A stretch of 63,926 nt of DNA, the filler included, from Octopus bimaculoides (Eukaryota), in NCBI RefSeq assembly GCF_001194135.2. It is 3 parts of 3 records of this genome, joined end to end, with 100 filler letters (N's around TTAATTAATTAA, not from the genome) between each part and the next. Parts side by side here need not be neighbours in the genome. Positions count along the whole stretch, not along the records: positions 31,006 to 62,347 come from NC_068984.1; positions 62,448 to 63,926 come from NC_068986.1; 1 more part is not named here. One strand, 5' to 3'. Position numbers and translations under genes: made by a program. The notes beneath the pieces were generated by a model. The model made no database searches and was not told the origin of the DNA. It saw only the letters and a list, made by a program, of their open reading frames with translations. Positions 62,088 to 63,926 of this stretch are shown in pieces; position 1 is the first letter of the stretch; each line of letters opens with the position of its first letter.

Positions 62088-62347
62088 AACACACACACAT
62101 ACACACAAACACACACACACACAAACACAAACACACACACACATACACACACACACAAACACAAACACACACACACAAACACAAACACACACAGAGACAC
62201 AAACACACATACACACACATACACACACACATACACACAAACACAAACACACACACATATACACATACACACAAACACACACACACATACACACACAAAC
62301 ACACACATACAAACACACACACAAACACACACACATTTAAACACAGA
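61995..62347. repeat. Long interrupted (CA)n tract
   Basis: Direct reading. Confidence 0.95.
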
Positions 62348-62546
62348 NNNNNNNNNNNNNNNNNNNNNNNNNNNNNNNNNNNNNNNNNNNNTTAATTAAT
62401 TAANNNNNNNNNNNNNNNNNNNNNNNNNNNNNNNNNNNNNNNNNNNNTCTTCTAATATAAATAGCAGAAAGACACATCATCAATGGTTGAATAAATAAGC
62501 TGTTTGGAGAAACTTAAAGACCCAACCAAAATGAATTTTATAATAT

Positions 62547-62606
<60 letters not shown>

Positions 62607-62720
62607 GTCGTCGTCGTCGTTTCAACGTCCACTTTTCTACGCTTGTATGTTATGTGCCAGGCGGGATTCGCTGAGGCAATTTTTTCACTGCCGGATGTCC
62701 TTCATGTCGCCAAACATCCT
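62547..62720 (-). mobile_element. Family C-like 3' end with (GAT/GAC)n tail
   Basis: ttcaacgtccacttttc...ccggatgtccttc homology. Confidence 0.6.
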
Positions 62721-63019
62721 TAGATCAAATCAATGGAGTTTCACATTTGGTCTAAAAGAAAGAAACAGCAACAATGGTAAACAAAACAATACAATGGAAG
62801 TGGATCTGCTGGTCCATATCACGTTATTCGGTTCACTCGTTGTAAAACCATAGAAATGATCGGTCGGGACTGAACAAGAGCTGCACAACAACCATATTAA
62901 ACCACCAGACACCACAAAAAGTATCTCTGTAACCACTCGATCAATAGAAATGACAGCCGAATCTACCCCAAATGACACACAGCATGAAAATAGAAGTCCC
63001 ATTGGGATATTACGTTGTA

Positions 63020-63322
63020 TCAGTCATTTTTTACTTGTTTCAGTTATTGGAGTGAGGCCATGCTGGGGTACAACCTCTTTTGCCGGGGACGCAAGCACAC
63101 CAACACCGGTTGTGAAGCGGTGGAAGTGGACACACACACACACACACACATGTGACGGTGGCTTTTTTTTTTAGCTTTTGTCTGTCAAATCCACTCATAA
63201 GACTTTAGTCGGCCGAGGCTATAGTAGAAGACATTTTCCCCAAGGTGCCACGCCGTTAGACTGAACCCGGAACCATGTGGTTAGGAAGCAAGCTTCTTAC
63301 CATACAGCCACGACTGCACCTA
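63020..63322 (-). mobile_element. SINE family A with internal deletion
   Basis: Homology. Confidence 0.85.
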
Positions 63323-63399
63323 TTTGCTAAATTTAATTAAATAATGAGATGTGGAAGCTAAGCCTTAACCAGCTTTAAAAAAACGATAGTCACTCTCAG

Positions 63400-63655
63400 G
63401 CTAGGGAGTATATTTAAGGTCGCTCGACCTGTTAGAAACAGCAGCCAAATCTTTCTTAAAATACAGACATCCGTCTGAAATAAAGACGACTACATTATGA
63501 AGTGTAATCATAGATGCATTAGAATAAATAAATAAATAAATAAATGAATAAATGAATAAATAAATAAAATGAGATGGTCACGACTAGAACCTCTTTGATC
63601 CTAGGTTTCTTCAATCAAATCGAATTCAGGGCTAAAGAACAACGACAAACTAAAC
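63400..63655 (+). mobile_element. SINE-like family E
   Basis: gttagaaacagcagccaaatct...ggggctaaa.aacaac homology. Confidence 0.55.
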
Positions 63656-63834
63656 ACTAATACATAGCCCCTGCCCCGCAAAAACTTCCATAAATAAGCA
63701 TTATTAGAAGAGATGTGTGAGAGAATGTGATATGAATCATTGGAGCGTGACATGTCAAAGAGAAAGGAACCTCTTCAGTTGTGTGTAACTGATTTGTCGA
63801 TTGTAATTATAATATACAGTAGCACCTTGCGCCC

Positions 63835-63874
63835 CCATACACACGCACACACGCACACACGCACGCACGCACGC

Positions 63875-63926
<52 letters not shown>
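63835..63926. repeat. (CA)n/(CACG)n microsatellite
   Basis: Direct reading. Confidence 0.95.

Noticed and set aside
62392-62403. Second TTAATTAATTAA island
   Set aside because: Same assembly artefact.

Overview
AT-rich, repeat-dense eukaryotic DNA with many assembly gaps, most likely from an octopus. This rests on my recognition of the tRNA-derived SINEs, the microsatellite load and the LINE types, not on a database search. There is no long intact ORF; almost all of the supplied ORF track is microsatellite or N-run translation. The window holds: (1) dozens of copies of about six SINE-like families (working labels A-F); (2) decayed non-LTR relics (R4/Dong-like x5, HERO/NeSL-like, CR1 x2, Tx1/L1, Penelope RT and GIY-YIG pieces); (3) DNA-transposon relics (mariner transposase, Chapaev3-like fragment, mariner, pogo/Tigger and piggyBac MITEs); (4) a tRNA-Phe(GAA) copy; (5) a tentative phase-compatible chain of small minus-strand exons between 25 kb and 4.6 kb, in a CpG-depleted left half that ends near 31-32 kb. 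The most interesting signal is a set of at least four unrelated minimal type-I hammerhead ribozyme motifs. Three sit in palindromic or inverted-repeat micro-elements, one is linked to a tRNA-like Pol III head, and one has a U3-A8 core covariation. They suggest Penelope-dependent, retrozyme-like non-autonomous elements. All calls are by eye; coordinates of decayed repeats are approximate.
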